A DNA stretch of 64,000 nt from Escherichia coli (GTDB lineage Bacteria > Pseudomonadota > Gammaproteobacteria > Enterobacterales > Enterobacteriaceae), in the NCBI RefSeq assembly GCF_003018235.1, contig NZ_CP027437.1. One strand, written 5' to 3'. The position numbers and the translations under genes were made by a program. The notes beneath the pieces were generated by a model that did no database searches, was not told where the DNA came from, and worked only from the letters and a program-made list of their open reading frames with translations. Below are positions 24,466-34,914 of the stretch, in pieces. How positions within the stretch are numbered: the first letter of the stretch is position 1; the number at the start of each line of letters is the position of its first letter.

Positions 24466-25029
24466 TCACGATTGCATATTTTTAGTGAAGATTAATTTAT
24501 CCTCACCAACATCATAGTAATTGCGTATTATAGCTTCATTGATAAAGCCCTGTTTTGTATAAAATGCGCGGGTGGCACTAAAATCGACATAGCTGGAGGT
24601 CTCTACTAAAAGTAGTCTTGCGCAGGGAAAGGAGAACGCACTAATGACATGAATCGCTCCCCTGCGGCGACTCTTGTCATAAGAATGCCGGAGCGTTTTT
24701 CCATCAATTGCAATAACGTCTTTATCATCTGAAGAATGGCAGTCACGCATCCAGTTAATAAAGCACTCGTGAAATTTTGCAGGACTGATACAGGATACAA
24801 CTCTGGCAATGGTATCGTGAACAGAAATACCATTTTCAAAATCACCATATTGCTTCAAAAAATCGAGATGTGTTTCCCCAAAATCCTCTATATCTTCCCA
24901 GCCTTCTGCACCAGAAACAACGGCACAAATAGTCAACAGTAGAATATCAGACAATTTATATTCCACTTTCCAGGCTTGTCTGTAATCGGGGATAATAGAA
25001 ATATGTTCCATCAATTTTTTAAGTTCCAT
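24466..25029 (-). pseudogene. Truncated H-repeat (ISAs1-family) transposase N-terminus (~137 codons, 24619-25029) fused in frame to an unrelated ~50-codon 3' remnant
   Basis: [50 protein letters not shown]... matches H-rpt proteins up to ...AIHVISAFS, then diverges to ...[15 protein letters not shown]... (GNAT-like C-terminus). Confidence 0.75.
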
Positions 25030-25236
25030 TTTGTTCTCCTTAATTATGTAAGGAGTATTTGATCATGTATACGCAATAAAAAACAGCTTCAGGTAATGAG
25101 GAATATCTCAATTTTTAAACATAAAATGCGAATTATTTAGTACAAAAAATCAGCGTTACGTAATCTTTCCCTGATTAAACAGGTGGTTAAAGGAATGAAG
25201 GTGGGGATATCCGGCGTATTGAAAGAAGCATAAAAA

Positions 25237-25270
25237 TGAAAGCCGGGAAGTTCTAATTTTCTTCCCGGCT
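25237..25270 (-). terminator. Rho-independent terminator downstream of the orphan immunity gene
   Basis: aaagccgggaag ... cttcccggcttt with flanking T-run on the minus strand. Confidence 0.65.
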
Positions 25271-25274
25271 TTCA

Positions 25275-25559
25275 TTAGACTTCTTCTATTTCATATTTTA
25301 TAGACAATTCATGAAAGGCAGTAAATACCAGTGAAAATAATTTATCTCTATCACTTCCATTTAAATTATTTACAATGAAAAAACCATCCTCATGATCTTC
25401 TATTGAAAAATCAATCCAGTTTGAATAACTAGATGGAATCCAAAGTGAACCATCAGTATTAATCCGAGAGGATGGTTGATTTTCTTTTATTCTCTCGACA
25501 ATAAAAGAAAGTAAATTATCTACTTTATCATCAACATGTATAATATATTCAACACTCAT
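25275..25559 (-). CDS. Putative immunity protein for the orphan Rhs toxin tip (94 aa)
   Basis: Small AT-rich ORF 12 nt downstream of the orphan rhs-CT; no recognisable domain. Confidence 0.55.
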   Translation of the reverse strand: MSVEYIIHVDDKVDNLLSFIVERIKENQPSSRINTDGSLWIPSSYSNWIDFSIEDHEDGFFIVNNLNGSDRDKLFSLVFTAFHELSIKYEIEEV

Positions 25560-25571
25560 TAATTTCTTGCC

Positions 25572-26024
25572 TTATGCGCCGCACCCATGGGCTCGCCCTC
25601 GTTTTGTAGGATAATCATTTGGATTCCTGATCCCTATGTGTGTTTCATTCGGATTAGTACTCGGAATGCCTCTGTCATTCAGAGGTACCTCACCGGGATC
25701 ATATTTATGCACATGTGCGTTAGCCCCAGACTTAGGTAATGGATCACCGTTTTTCATCGTCATACTTTGATTTCCATAGGGATCGACACGAACTTTAGAG
25801 CCATCAGCGTGACTCCATGTCTGATTCCCGGTACTTGTTTGTTTATCCAAATTGAATCCATTATCAGTAAGAATAGAACCTATTGCCCCTGGGGATCTTC
25901 CTTTTAATTGAGGCAAATCAGAGGCGGCACTTAATCCAAGAGGATCTATCCATCCAAGAGGGTTAGGCGCATAAGCATACAGGTTTAACCCACCCGCCAG
26001 CCCTATCGGATCAGTACACAGATA
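25572..26024 (-). other. Orphan rhs C-terminal cassette: core-end remnant (DPIGLAGGLNLYAYAPNPLGWIDPLGL) plus a distinct ~115-aa toxin tip; no canonical start codon
   Basis: Frame is open from the stop at 26027-26025; 25931-26010 is nucleotide-homologous to 27001-27080 of the main rhs; track ORF start is a non-ATG (TTG) codon. Confidence 0.75.
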
Positions 26025-26138
26025 TTACCACGTCTCGCAATCATAGTACCGGAACCGATGATAGTACAGTCCCGCGTCATGCTATTAAAGACAATGTAGT
26101 GCGATGATATGTGTCATCCCTCAATTATTTTTATAAAA

Positions 26139-26645
26139 TCATATATTATCTTCCTGTTGCAGGAATTGATTATAAAAAGATAGTTTTTTATCTAAAAATA
26201 AAAAGTGATACCCAACCGACTTTAGATCATTATTTATGACAGATAATAACTTATTCCATTCATAGATATATTTATATTTATTTACAAGCAATACACTTTT
26301 ACTAGAATTTAAATTAAAAAGTTCATCCGTGTTTATGGAGATCCATTTTGAAAAAATTTCAATATTCTTTTTATCTATTTTAACATCTAATAATACCGTA
26401 AAGGATTCACATAAGAAATTGCATTCAAAGTTAAACCCGGAGATGATACCATCAAGCATTTTGATAATATCATCAATGATTTCACTCAGGCTATTAAGTG
26501 TTAGTGAAATATGAACGCCATTCCAGTTTATATAAAAACACCCGGATGATATGGGATATGCGGAAAATATAGCCTCCGATAAATTAATATCCTCTTCATC
26601 CATGAGGCCTTTTTGATAAGTATCATCAATTTCTATTTTGAACAT
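26139..26645 (-). CDS. Putative Rhs immunity protein (168 aa from ATG at 26645)
   Basis: ATG lies 1 nt after the rhs TAA stop (TAATATG); AT-rich; position typical of rhsI. Confidence 0.65.
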   Translation of the reverse strand: MFKIEIDDTYQKGLMDEEDINLSEAIFSAYPISSGCFYINWNGVHISLTLNSLSEIIDDIIKMLDGIISGFNFECNFLCESFTVLLDVKIDKKNIEIFSKWISINTDELFNLNSSKSVLLVNKYKYIYEWNKLLSVINNDLKSVGYHFLFLDKKLSFYNQFLQQEDNI

Positions 26646-26646
26646 A

Positions 26647-29600
26647 TTACTTACCCTTTTCATAAATGGGGCCTGCTGTCGATGAATCAATTGGGAAACC
26701 GTGAAAAGTCCCATCCCCATTATTTCTGACCCGAATTTTATCCGGTTTAATAGGTACTCCATTTCCTCCGGGAATATAAACTTCACTCTTACTATTTTGA
26801 TTTATAGGAAAATCTTTCATCTCATCCGGTTTTAGCGTGGCAGCTTGTTCTCCAGCATATTTCAGATCATCCTTGCTTCTCCAAACTCCATGAGGATTCT
26901 TTTCTTTATCTGCAATTGCTTGAGCTGCGTTAGGATGTAGTTTCATCCCATGCCTTTTCCCTCTTGAGTAACCATTCTCGGCTTTTAAGCAGGTGGGATT
27001 TAATCCAAGAGGATCGATCCAACTTAAAGGATTCGGCGCATAAGCGTACAGGTTTAACCCGCCTCTCAGCCCTATCGGGTCCGTTACCATGAACCGCCCG
27101 ACATCCGGATCATAGTACCTGTGCAGATTGTAGTGCAGCCCCGTTTCCCTGTCGAGGTACTGTCCCTGGTAGCGCAGGTTCTGCTCCACCCCGCCGTGGT
27201 CCTTCTCCTGTATCGTGTTACCCCAGACCTGATACCCCGTCTCCCACACGATTTTCCCGTCACTGTCCGTCATCTCTTCCGGCGCGCCGTTCACATCCGT
27301 GTGAAAATACAGTATCCGGTTCAGGCCCTCTTTACCCACCTTATCCACCCGCGCCAGCGGTTCATAACTCCCCGGGTCGCTGTAGATATACAGGCTGCTT
27401 ATTCCCTCCGGCCTGCTCTCCTGCGCCAGCCGCATTCCGTCCCATAAAAATGTCGTCCGGTTGTACGGTTTACCGTCAGGGCTGATGTGCTGTTTTTCCG
27501 TCCGCCTCCCCAGCGCATCGTACACATACCGGTACGTTCCCCGCGCTGTCGTCACTTCCACCATCCGGTGTTCCGCATCATAACGGTAACTCTGCGTGCC
27601 GCTCCGGCCCTCCTTTTCCACCGCACGGCCAAATTCGTCGTAACGGTAGTGCACACCACGGTAAGACATCAGCCGGTTGAACGGCACCACGCTGTTTTCT
27701 GCCGTGGCCCTTTCCCCCGCGCGCCGCGCCAGCAGGTTTCCCGCCGCGTCGTACTCCCAGCTCGCCAGATACCCCTCATCCTCCGAGCGGCACGCCGTGA
27801 TGCGCCCCGTGGGGTCGTAGAAGTAATCCGTTTCCCCCCGCCGGCTGTGCCGCGTCTTCAGCAGTTCATCCTCGCCGCTGTAGCTGTACTGCCGGTCCGT
27901 GAACGTCTCCGGTACCACCCCGCGCATCCCGCTGTATGTCTCCCTGCGCTTCAGCCGCCCGGCGGGGTCATAAAGCTGCCGCGTGCTCAGTCGCCCCTGA
28001 CTTCTGAGCACTTCCCGGTGCAGGGCGTCACGTGTGAACTCGCTGATGACCTCCCGGTCCAGATTTATCTGCTGGAGATGGCCGCTGCCGTAGTACAGAT
28101 GACGCTGCGTTCTGCCGTCCGGAAAGGTGGTGGCTGTCCGGTTGCTGAGTTCATCGTACTGATGGGTCAGGACGCCCTGCGCCGTCTCCTCAGTCAGCAT
28201 CCGCCCCAGTCTGTCGTAACTGAAGCGGATAATCTCCGGTGCGTCCATTTCCCCGGCATCCGACCGTCGGCGGCGGATTTCCAGTAGCTGGTCTGCCGCA
28301 TCATGGACGTATTCCGTACGGCTATCGGCTGTCTCCTTTGCCGTGAGCCGGCCCGCCGCATCACGTGCCAGCCGGTGGCGGATTTCACCGCCCCGGTCCC
28401 CTGTGAACACCACTTCCGTGACCGCGTTCAGCACGTTGTAACGGTACGTCTGGCGGCAGCCGTCCGGATTTATCTGCTCCGCCAGACGGTCCAGCACATC
28501 ATGGCGGAACCGGTAGTTTTCTCCGTTCTCGTTCGTGAGCGTGACCAGACGCCCGTAAGCATCGTACCCGAACGCCGTCCTGCGCCCCGTCGCGTCTGTC
28601 CGGCTGCGCACCCGGCCCTGCCCGTCCCGCTGCCAGCGCGTTATCCTCCCCATCGGGCTGGTGTACTTCACGAGCCTGCCCGCCGCGTCCGACTGGTAAT
28701 TCACCGTGCGGCCGTCCGCCAGTATCACCTCCGTCAGGTGGCCGCTGTCGTCATACCCGTAGCGCGTGCTGTGGCTCTGCGCGTCTGTCATCCGTATCAG
28801 CCGCGTGCGTTCGTCGTAGAACCAGGCCGTCTGCGAGCCGGAACAGTCCGTGTGCCGCATGAGCTGTCCGTCTTCGTTCCACTGAAGGTATTTATTCCCC
28901 CCGCGCGCATCCGTTATCTGCACCACCTGACCGTGGCGGTCATACTGATACCGGGTGTTCTGCTGCAGCGGGTCGGTCACCGCAAGAAGATTGCCGCGTT
29001 CATCGTACTCACAGCACCAGCTGTTCCCCGCCGCGTCCACCTCCGTTTCCGGCTGGTGCCACACCGGGTGCCACTGTGTCTGTGCCACCCGCCCCAGCGG
29101 GTCGTGCGTCTCCGTGATATGCCCCTGCCGGTCATACACATAGCGCCATTTGCCGCCCTGCGCATCGGTCATTCCCAGTAACAGCCGTTCTTCGTCGCTC
29201 CAGCGGAACGTCGTCACCTGCCCGGCTTCGTCCTGGTACGCCGTCACCTGGTTCTGCGCGTCCCACTGATGATAACGCGTGCGCCCCAGCCCGTCCGTCA
29301 CGCACAGCCTGCGTGCCGCGAGGCTCCACGCCAGCCGGTACTGTTCACCGCTGTCCGTGTGGTGCCCCGTCACCCGCCACGCTGCGTCATCCGGGCCTTC
29401 ATACCAGCCCCACTGGTAATAATACCCTTCGCCGCCCGGCTGGCGGTGCAGGGTCATGCAGTGGTTTTCGTCGTAAGCAAACTCGCGCAGCAGGTGCCCC
29501 GTGCTGTCGTACACGCCGTTCAGGTCGCCGGCCTCGTCATAGCGGTAACGACGCAGCAGTAAAGGAGCCGTCTCAGGGAAATGCTGATAAATCTGTGTCA

Positions 29601-31311
29601 CCCGCCGGGGATGCGCCGCCAGTTCATAATGCAGACGGATGCACGGACGCTGCTGTTCACCGCTGATTTGCGTGATGCGTCCCCGGTCGTCGTAGTACAG
29701 ATTCAGACAGTTGCTGTTGCGGTCGCCCAGCATTTTCAGCCGCTGGCGCTGCGGGTGACGCGGGTCGGCCTCAAACAGAAAAAACTGCCCGTCATCGCTG
29801 CTGATAAGCCAGTGCCCCTGCTCACCCCGCCGTACTGCCAGTCCTTCGCCGGGGCTGTAAAACCCGCTCCCCGGCAGCACGGCCTCCATATCCAGACGTC
29901 GTCCCATGCCCGACACAAAGGTCATACAGTTTTCGTCAGCAGTACCCGGCGTGCGCTCGAGGCTGACTTCATACATCACGCTCCAGCCCTGCCCGAACAT
30001 CCCTTCCGTGCGGTCGTCACGACTGCTGTACACGCGCTGCCAGTCCAGCGGAAAGTGGCCCGGCAGACTGAAATCGAAGTCATCGTCATCCGCCAGATAT
30101 TTGGCTCCGGTGGCGGCATTGACCGGATGCGGAAGGGCACTGATGGCCTTCTGCGTCATCACCCCCATCCCGACACTGGCAGCAAAACAGGCGATTTTAG
30201 AAAGCATTTTGCCCGGGCGAAGAAACATCAGCGCCACGGTTGCCACCAGGGTTATCTGCGACCTGCCGCTTCTGATATCCCTGACCACCAGTAACGGACC
30301 GCCAATGCGGACATCCGGTGACACAAACGCCCCGTTCCCCGGCTCATTCACCACCCTGGCCTCGCAGGTACAGCGTGCCCCGCTGCGCGCCGCCGGCTGG
30401 CTGTTGATACGCACATCCCGCGCGCCTTCCGCGATATATTCCGCTGCGGGCGGTTCATCATCGCCTTTGAACAGATTACTGATGCTGCCAATAACCGCAT
30501 TCACTCCCTGAAAGGCGGTTTCCAGCATACCGCCCGGACTCAGCAGGTTAAGGGCCGTTCCCAGAGGGTCATCCAGAAAGGCGGCTTTTTTTTGTGCGAG
30601 AAACTGCGTCAGTGAGGAGGGATGTTTATGGCAGTCGATTTTATCGTCAGGGGTCGGGGTGGAGCCCGGGGCCGCACTGGCCACGGTGGGCTGCCATAGT
30701 TCCGACACAAAATGTGTCACGCCATCCACCATTTCAGAACGCCCTTCTTCCGTACTGAGCTGGTCATGCAGCGCCCGGGACATCAGCACAGGCCCTGTCA
30801 CCGGGTTAACCGCCAGGGCTATGGCCCCCGCCATTTCCAGATATTCCCCGGCCACATCCCGGAACGTTCTGGCGTCCTCCTGACGCTGCGCTTCTTCCTG
30901 TTCCGCCTTCGCCTGTGCCTCCTGCGCCTCAATGTCCTGCCGCGATGCCGCAGTCGCCGCGGCCCGCGCGGCAGGTTTGCTGTTGATCCATGTGTCGCCA
31001 GAGCCGGTGAGGATGTAACCTTCAATCTGAGGCGGGAAAAGCCAGTTCGCCAGTTGCTCACTTTCCCTACTGATTCGGTCATTCCAGCCCTGATACGACA
31101 TAAATACCGCTGTTGCTATACCGATCGCTAAAATGGTTGAGCAGCCCAGCGTTGCCACTTCAACTCCGCCCAGCGCCGCCATGGTTCCGACAACCAGAAC
31201 ATCCACCAGGGCTGTGGCGGCAACCTCTACAACTGCCCCCAGCACATCTGCCATAAACGACGTATGCAGCAGGGCATCACCCTGCCTTGCCGCCCAGAAT
31301 GCCTCTTCCAT
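26647..31311 (-). CDS. Rhs-family polymorphic toxin / T6SS effector (1554 aa): prePAAR motif, N-terminal TM region, PAAR region, YD-repeat shell, PxxxxDPxGL, ~110-aa C-terminal toxin tip of unassigned family
   Basis: N-terminal AARQGDALLH motif; hydrophobic segment ADVLGAVVEVAATALVDVLVVGTMAALGG...; two PAAR tetrapeptides; numerous YD repeats; DPIGLRGGLNLYAYAPNPLSWIDPLGL before the tip. Confidence 0.9.
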   Translation of the reverse strand: MEEAFWAARQGDALLHTSFMADVLGAVVEVAATALVDVLVVGTMAALGGVEVATLGCSTILAIGIATAVFMSYQGWNDRISRESEQLANWLFPPQIEGYILTGSGDTWINSKPAARAAATAASRQDIEAQEAQAKAEQEEAQRQEDARTFRDVAGEYLEMAGAIALAVNPVTGPVLMSRALHDQLSTEEGRSEMVDGVTHFVSELWQPTVASAAPGSTPTPDDKIDCHKHPSSLTQFLAQKKAAFLDDPLGTALNLLSPGGMLETAFQGVNAVIGSISNLFKGDDEPPAAEYIAEGARDVRINSQPAARSGARCTCEARVVNEPGNGAFVSPDVRIGGPLLVVRDIRSGRSQITLVATVALMFLRPGKMLSKIACFAASVGMGVMTQKAISALPHPVNAATGAKYLADDDDFDFSLPGHFPLDWQRVYSSRDDRTEGMFGQGWSVMYEVSLERTPGTADENCMTFVSGMGRRLDMEAVLPGSGFYSPGEGLAVRRGEQGHWLISSDDGQFFLFEADPRHPQRQRLKMLGDRNSNCLNLYYDDRGRITQISGEQQRPCIRLHYELAAHPRRVTQIYQHFPETAPLLLRRYRYDEAGDLNGVYDSTGHLLREFAYDENHCMTLHRQPGGEGYYYQWGWYEGPDDAAWRVTGHHTDSGEQYRLAWSLAARRLCVTDGLGRTRYHQWDAQNQVTAYQDEAGQVTTFRWSDEERLLLGMTDAQGGKWRYVYDRQGHITETHDPLGRVAQTQWHPVWHQPETEVDAAGNSWCCEYDERGNLLAVTDPLQQNTRYQYDRHGQVVQITDARGGNKYLQWNEDGQLMRHTDCSGSQTAWFYDERTRLIRMTDAQSHSTRYGYDDSGHLTEVILADGRTVNYQSDAAGRLVKYTSPMGRITRWQRDGQGRVRSRTDATGRRTAFGYDAYGRLVTLTNENGENYRFRHDVLDRLAEQINPDGCRQTYRYNVLNAVTEVVFTGDRGGEIRHRLARDAAGRLTAKETADSRTEYVHDAADQLLEIRRRRSDAGEMDAPEIIRFSYDRLGRMLTEETAQGVLTHQYDELSNRTATTFPDGRTQRHLYYGSGHLQQINLDREVISEFTRDALHREVLRSQGRLSTRQLYDPAGRLKRRETYSGMRGVVPETFTDRQYSYSGEDELLKTRHSRRGETDYFYDPTGRITACRSEDEGYLASWEYDAAGNLLARRAGERATAENSVVPFNRLMSYRGVHYRYDEFGRAVEKEGRSGTQSYRYDAEHRMVEVTTARGTYRYVYDALGRRTEKQHISPDGKPYNRTTFLWDGMRLAQESRPEGISSLYIYSDPGSYEPLARVDKVGKEGLNRILYFHTDVNGAPEEMTDSDGKIVWETGYQVWGNTIQEKDHGGVEQNLRYQGQYLDRETGLHYNLHRYYDPDVGRFMVTDPIGLRGGLNLYAYAPNPLSWIDPLGLNPTCLKAENGYSRGKRHGMKLHPNAAQAIADKEKNPHGVWRSKDDLKYAGEQAATLKPDEMKDFPINQNSKSEVYIPGGNGVPIKPDKIRVRNNGDGTFHGFPIDSSTAGPIYEKGK

Positions 31312-31329
31312 GTCCCGTTCCCTGTGTGA

Positions 31330-31782
31330 TTAATTCGTCCCGGCTTCCTGCCGCATCCTGAAGCGCAGATTCTTTTTAATTTCAGCCCAGCGCGTCATAT
31401 CTGCCGGGGTCAGCGGTGTGGTTCTGGCGTAGGTGAAGGCCATCATGACCCGCTCACCCGGCAATACAAATGCCACCTGACACTGGTACACCTGCTCGTT
31501 ACCCCGGAGAAACTGGCTCTGTATTTCCAGTCCTTCTTCACCGTCATTAATCCCCACCCGTGTTACCTGAACGGGCGTGTAGTGAAGATCCTTTACCTGT
31601 TTCTCCAGTTTTTTCATTTGCTGTTCAATCTGGGAGGCTAATTCGTCTCCTTCCTGCATCTGGCCCCGGCTGATAATGAGTGCAGCGTCGGGATCGCTGA
31701 GGCGCAGCATATTAATAGTACTGTCCTGAATAATATTCCCGGAAAAAGTTACAACAGTTTCATTGAGATAATACTCCGTCAT
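31330..31782 (-). CDS. DUF1795/Eag-family chaperone for the prePAAR effector TM domain (150 aa)
   Basis: Size and position between vgrG and the prePAAR rhs match Eag chaperones; family assignment is by context and recall, not by search. Confidence 0.65.
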   Translation of the reverse strand: MTEYYLNETVVTFSGNIIQDSTINMLRLSDPDAALIISRGQMQEGDELASQIEQQMKKLEKQVKDLHYTPVQVTRVGINDGEEGLEIQSQFLRGNEQVYQCQVAFVLPGERVMMAFTYARTTPLTPADMTRWAEIKKNLRFRMRQEAGTN

Positions 31783-33763
31783 AATGATATGAGTCCTTTT
31801 AAATTAATAAATTATTTAATGATGGTTTTTGTTTATTTTTTAGTCATGAAGGCGACATCTATCGCCAATTGAAGGGCTGTTTTTTCCGATGTTCCAGGCG
31901 GAAGTATATCTGCCGCCCTGTTATTCATATTTAAATCAAGCTGACCTGATTGTGTATTTATCTTTCCATTTTCTGTTGCAGTAATATTAAAATTCTTACA
32001 GGTTATATTAAATATTCCGTCACTGGTCATTTGCAGGATAGTGTTCCCACAACTAAGAATTATGGAATCTCCCGCAGCAAGGCGTAAATTCTGTACGGCC
32101 TGAATCGTTTTATTTTGTCCGGCAAGGGAGGTATCATCCATCTGAACTGTAAGAGAACGTTCCTCACCAATTATCGCTGTTTCTGTTTTATCAATGACTT
32201 TAAGGCGATTATTGCCCACCCAGTGGCTTTCATTATTATTTACTTCAATCCGCTGATCTTTTTCGGCATGTAGCCAGACCTCTTCACCGCCAGGTTTATC
32301 CTCAAAACGTAGTGCGTTGGCATTGGTTGGGCCGCCGCCGATAGTGTGACTGTAAAATCCGCTTTGCGTCGCTGCGCCCGGTAGTCCCCACGGTGGCATG
32401 GTGTCCTGGTTGTAGGTACGCCCAACAATTATCGGTAAATCCGGATCACCGTTTTTGAAATCCACCAGTACTTCCTGACCAATGCGCGGGATCTGAATGC
32501 CACCGAATCCTTTACCCGCCCACGGATAACTGACACGGACCCAGCAGGAACTATTTTCGTCATTCTTACCGTAACGATCCCAGCCAAACTGAACTTTCAC
32601 CCGGCCATATTTATCTGTCCAGATTTCCTGCCCTGCCGGGCCGGTGACGATGGCGCTCTGCGGGCCTTTAGTGTGGGGTTTGCTCAGGGTTCGTTGTGGG
32701 CGGTAAACTTCGCTGGTGGGATGCAGTTCAAAGCTGGTTGAGTAAGAGAAATGCTGCTCCTGGCCGCTGTGTTGCGCATTGTCCTGTATAAATAGCGTGG
32801 TCTGTACCAGCAGATATTCCCGGTTCACTTCGGCTGTCGGATAGTTTTCCAGGATGAAGGTAAAACCTGTCATCAGGGTACGAATATTGCCGCTGCCCTG
32901 TACCCGACTACCTGGGCTACGCTGTTCTTCCATGCGAATGCGTGTCAGCATTTCACCTTCACTCTTTGTGAAGTAATCTCCCGGCCATTCGTAGTGCTCA
33001 TATTCAGCAAGGCCGGTTTCACGCGGATTAGCCACGGTGCTCTTCAGCAGTGAACGCGGCTTCATAAAGTCGAAATCATTCAGCACCCACTGTCCACTGC
33101 GCAGACTTTCATTTGCTGTGATGGTATGGATAAACTCCTTGTCCAGTTTCAGCCCTTTCTGGTAATAACACACCAGCGGCGAATCTGCGCATGCCTTGTG
33201 GACATTAATGGCATCAGCCAGCACTAACGTGTGACTGTTCTCGCTGTGCTCAAACCACCAGTAGATACCCCACTCCTGCATCAGGCGCTGAACAAAATCG
33301 AAATCTGTTTCACCGTACTGCACCTGCCAGGCGCGAGTCGGATAATTTTCCACCAGTCGTTTTTCCACTGGCCAGGGGTACTCATCCAGTACCTCATCCA
33401 GGATCTCCACCACGTTTTTATTCTGAAACGCTTTGTAGTCACTAGTGTGGGTCAGTATTTTTAACCACGGTTCGAGCCGCAGTTCATACACCACCGAACG
33501 TCCTTGATGACCAGCCACGCGTGCCGCCGTCACCAGCCCGCTGATATAACGTTTTCCGCCGCCATCCAATTCGATATTGACGCACAGATCTTTGCCCACC
33601 ATCGGTTTGAGCTGCAGGTTGGCTGCGGGGGAAACATAGCCCAGGTTCAGGATGTCAGGAGTTTTTAATTTAATAGAATAAGTAAATAGTTCCCCTACTG
33701 TTTCTGTACCCCCTAAGCTTGCAAACAGTAACATGATCCTACCCACGTAATGTGGACACGGCC

Positions 33764-34618
33764 CTAAGCGAGATTATGGTTTTCAAATTGTTCCGGGCTG
33801 AGACCGCCACAGGCACTGTGACGACGCCAGCGATTGTAATCACTCTCGATATAATTAAACACCGTTGCCCGCATTATTTCCCGGCTGCTAAAGCGTTCCC
33901 CGTGGATACATTCCACCTTCAGCGAATGAAAGAAGCTTTCCACACAGGCATTGTCATAACAGTAGCCTTTCGCACTCATACTGCCACGCAGGTTGTGTCG
34001 CTTCAGCATTGCCTGATAATCCCCTGAACAGTATTGACCACCACGGTCCGTATGAACAATGACGTTTTCCGGGCGTCTTCTCCGCCACAACGCCATTTGC
34101 AGTGCATCACAGGCCAGTTGTGCTGTCATTCGCGGTGACATCGACCAGCCAATGACGGCGCGTGACCACAGGTCGATGACTACTGCGAGATACAACCAGC
34201 CCTCATCGGTACGCAAGTACGTGATGTCACCCGCCCACTTCTGGTTCGGGCCACTGGCGCTGAAGTCCTGCTCCAGCAGATTCTCCAATACGGGCAGGCC
34301 ATGTGCACGGTAGCTGACCGGGCTGAACTTCCGGCTGGCTTTCGCCCGCAGCCCCTGACGACGCAGGCTGGCGGCAATGGTTTTAATATTGAACTCCGGC
34401 AGTTCGTCAGCAAGGCGGGGAGCACCGTATCGCTGCTTTGCCTCAAAGAATGCCTTATGGACAGCGGCATCGCAGGTGAGCCGAAACTGTTGGCGCAGGC
34501 TCATCTGGTGACGACGCCTGAGCCAGACATACCAGCCGCTGCGGGCAACCCGAAGTACACGACACATCGCTTTGATGCTGAACTCTGCCCGATGATTTTC
34601 GATGAAGACATACTTCAT
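33764..34618 (-). CDS. insF: IS3 transposase OrfB (DDE integrase core; made by -1 frameshift from OrfA)
   Basis: rve-domain sequence ...[34 protein letters not shown]...; overlaps orfA end. Confidence 0.9.
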   Translation of the reverse strand: MKYVFIENHRAEFSIKAMCRVLRVARSGWYVWLRRRHQMSLRQQFRLTCDAAVHKAFFEAKQRYGAPRLADELPEFNIKTIAASLRRQGLRAKASRKFSPVSYRAHGLPVLENLLEQDFSASGPNQKWAGDITYLRTDEGWLYLAVVIDLWSRAVIGWSMSPRMTAQLACDALQMALWRRRRPENVIVHTDRGGQYCSGDYQAMLKRHNLRGSMSAKGYCYDNACVESFFHSLKVECIHGERFSSREIMRATVFNYIESDYNRWRRHSACGGLSPEQFENHNLA

Positions 34619-34914
34619 TTCAGGCGCTTCGCGAAGTATGTCGCGGCCTTTTGGAGGATGGCCAGTTCCTCAGCCTGCTCCGCCAGTTGTCGTTTAAGGC
34701 GGACATTTTCAGCGGCCAGTTCGCTTTCGCGCTCTGACGAACTCATTTGTTGCTGCTGTTTACTGCGCCAGGCATAAAGCTGAGATTCATACAGGCTGAG
34801 TTCACGGGCTGCGGCGGCCACACCGATGCGTTCAGCGAGTTTCAGGGCTTCGTTACGAAATTCAGGCGTATGTTGTTTACGGGGCTTCTTGCTGATTGAT
34901 ACTGGTTTTGTCAT
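34615..34914 (-). CDS. insE: IS3 transposase OrfA (99 aa)
   Basis: [52 protein letters not shown]... Confidence 0.9.
   Translation of the reverse strand: MTKPVSISKKPRKQHTPEFRNEALKLAERIGVAAAARELSLYESQLYAWRSKQQQQMSSSERESELAAENVRLKRQLAEQAEELAILQKAATYFAKRLK

Noticed and set aside
27121-31333. Numerous long plus-strand ORFs (up to 292 aa) overlapping the rhs gene
   Set aside because: Antisense to a well-supported YD-repeat rhs CDS; proline/arginine-rich low-complexity translations typical of spurious ORFs in GC-rich repeats.
31833-33746. vgrG track ORF beginning MGRIM at 33746
   Set aside because: The first codons are encoded by the IS3 terminal repeat (33734-33746); the real N-terminus lies beyond the IS at 34977-35073.
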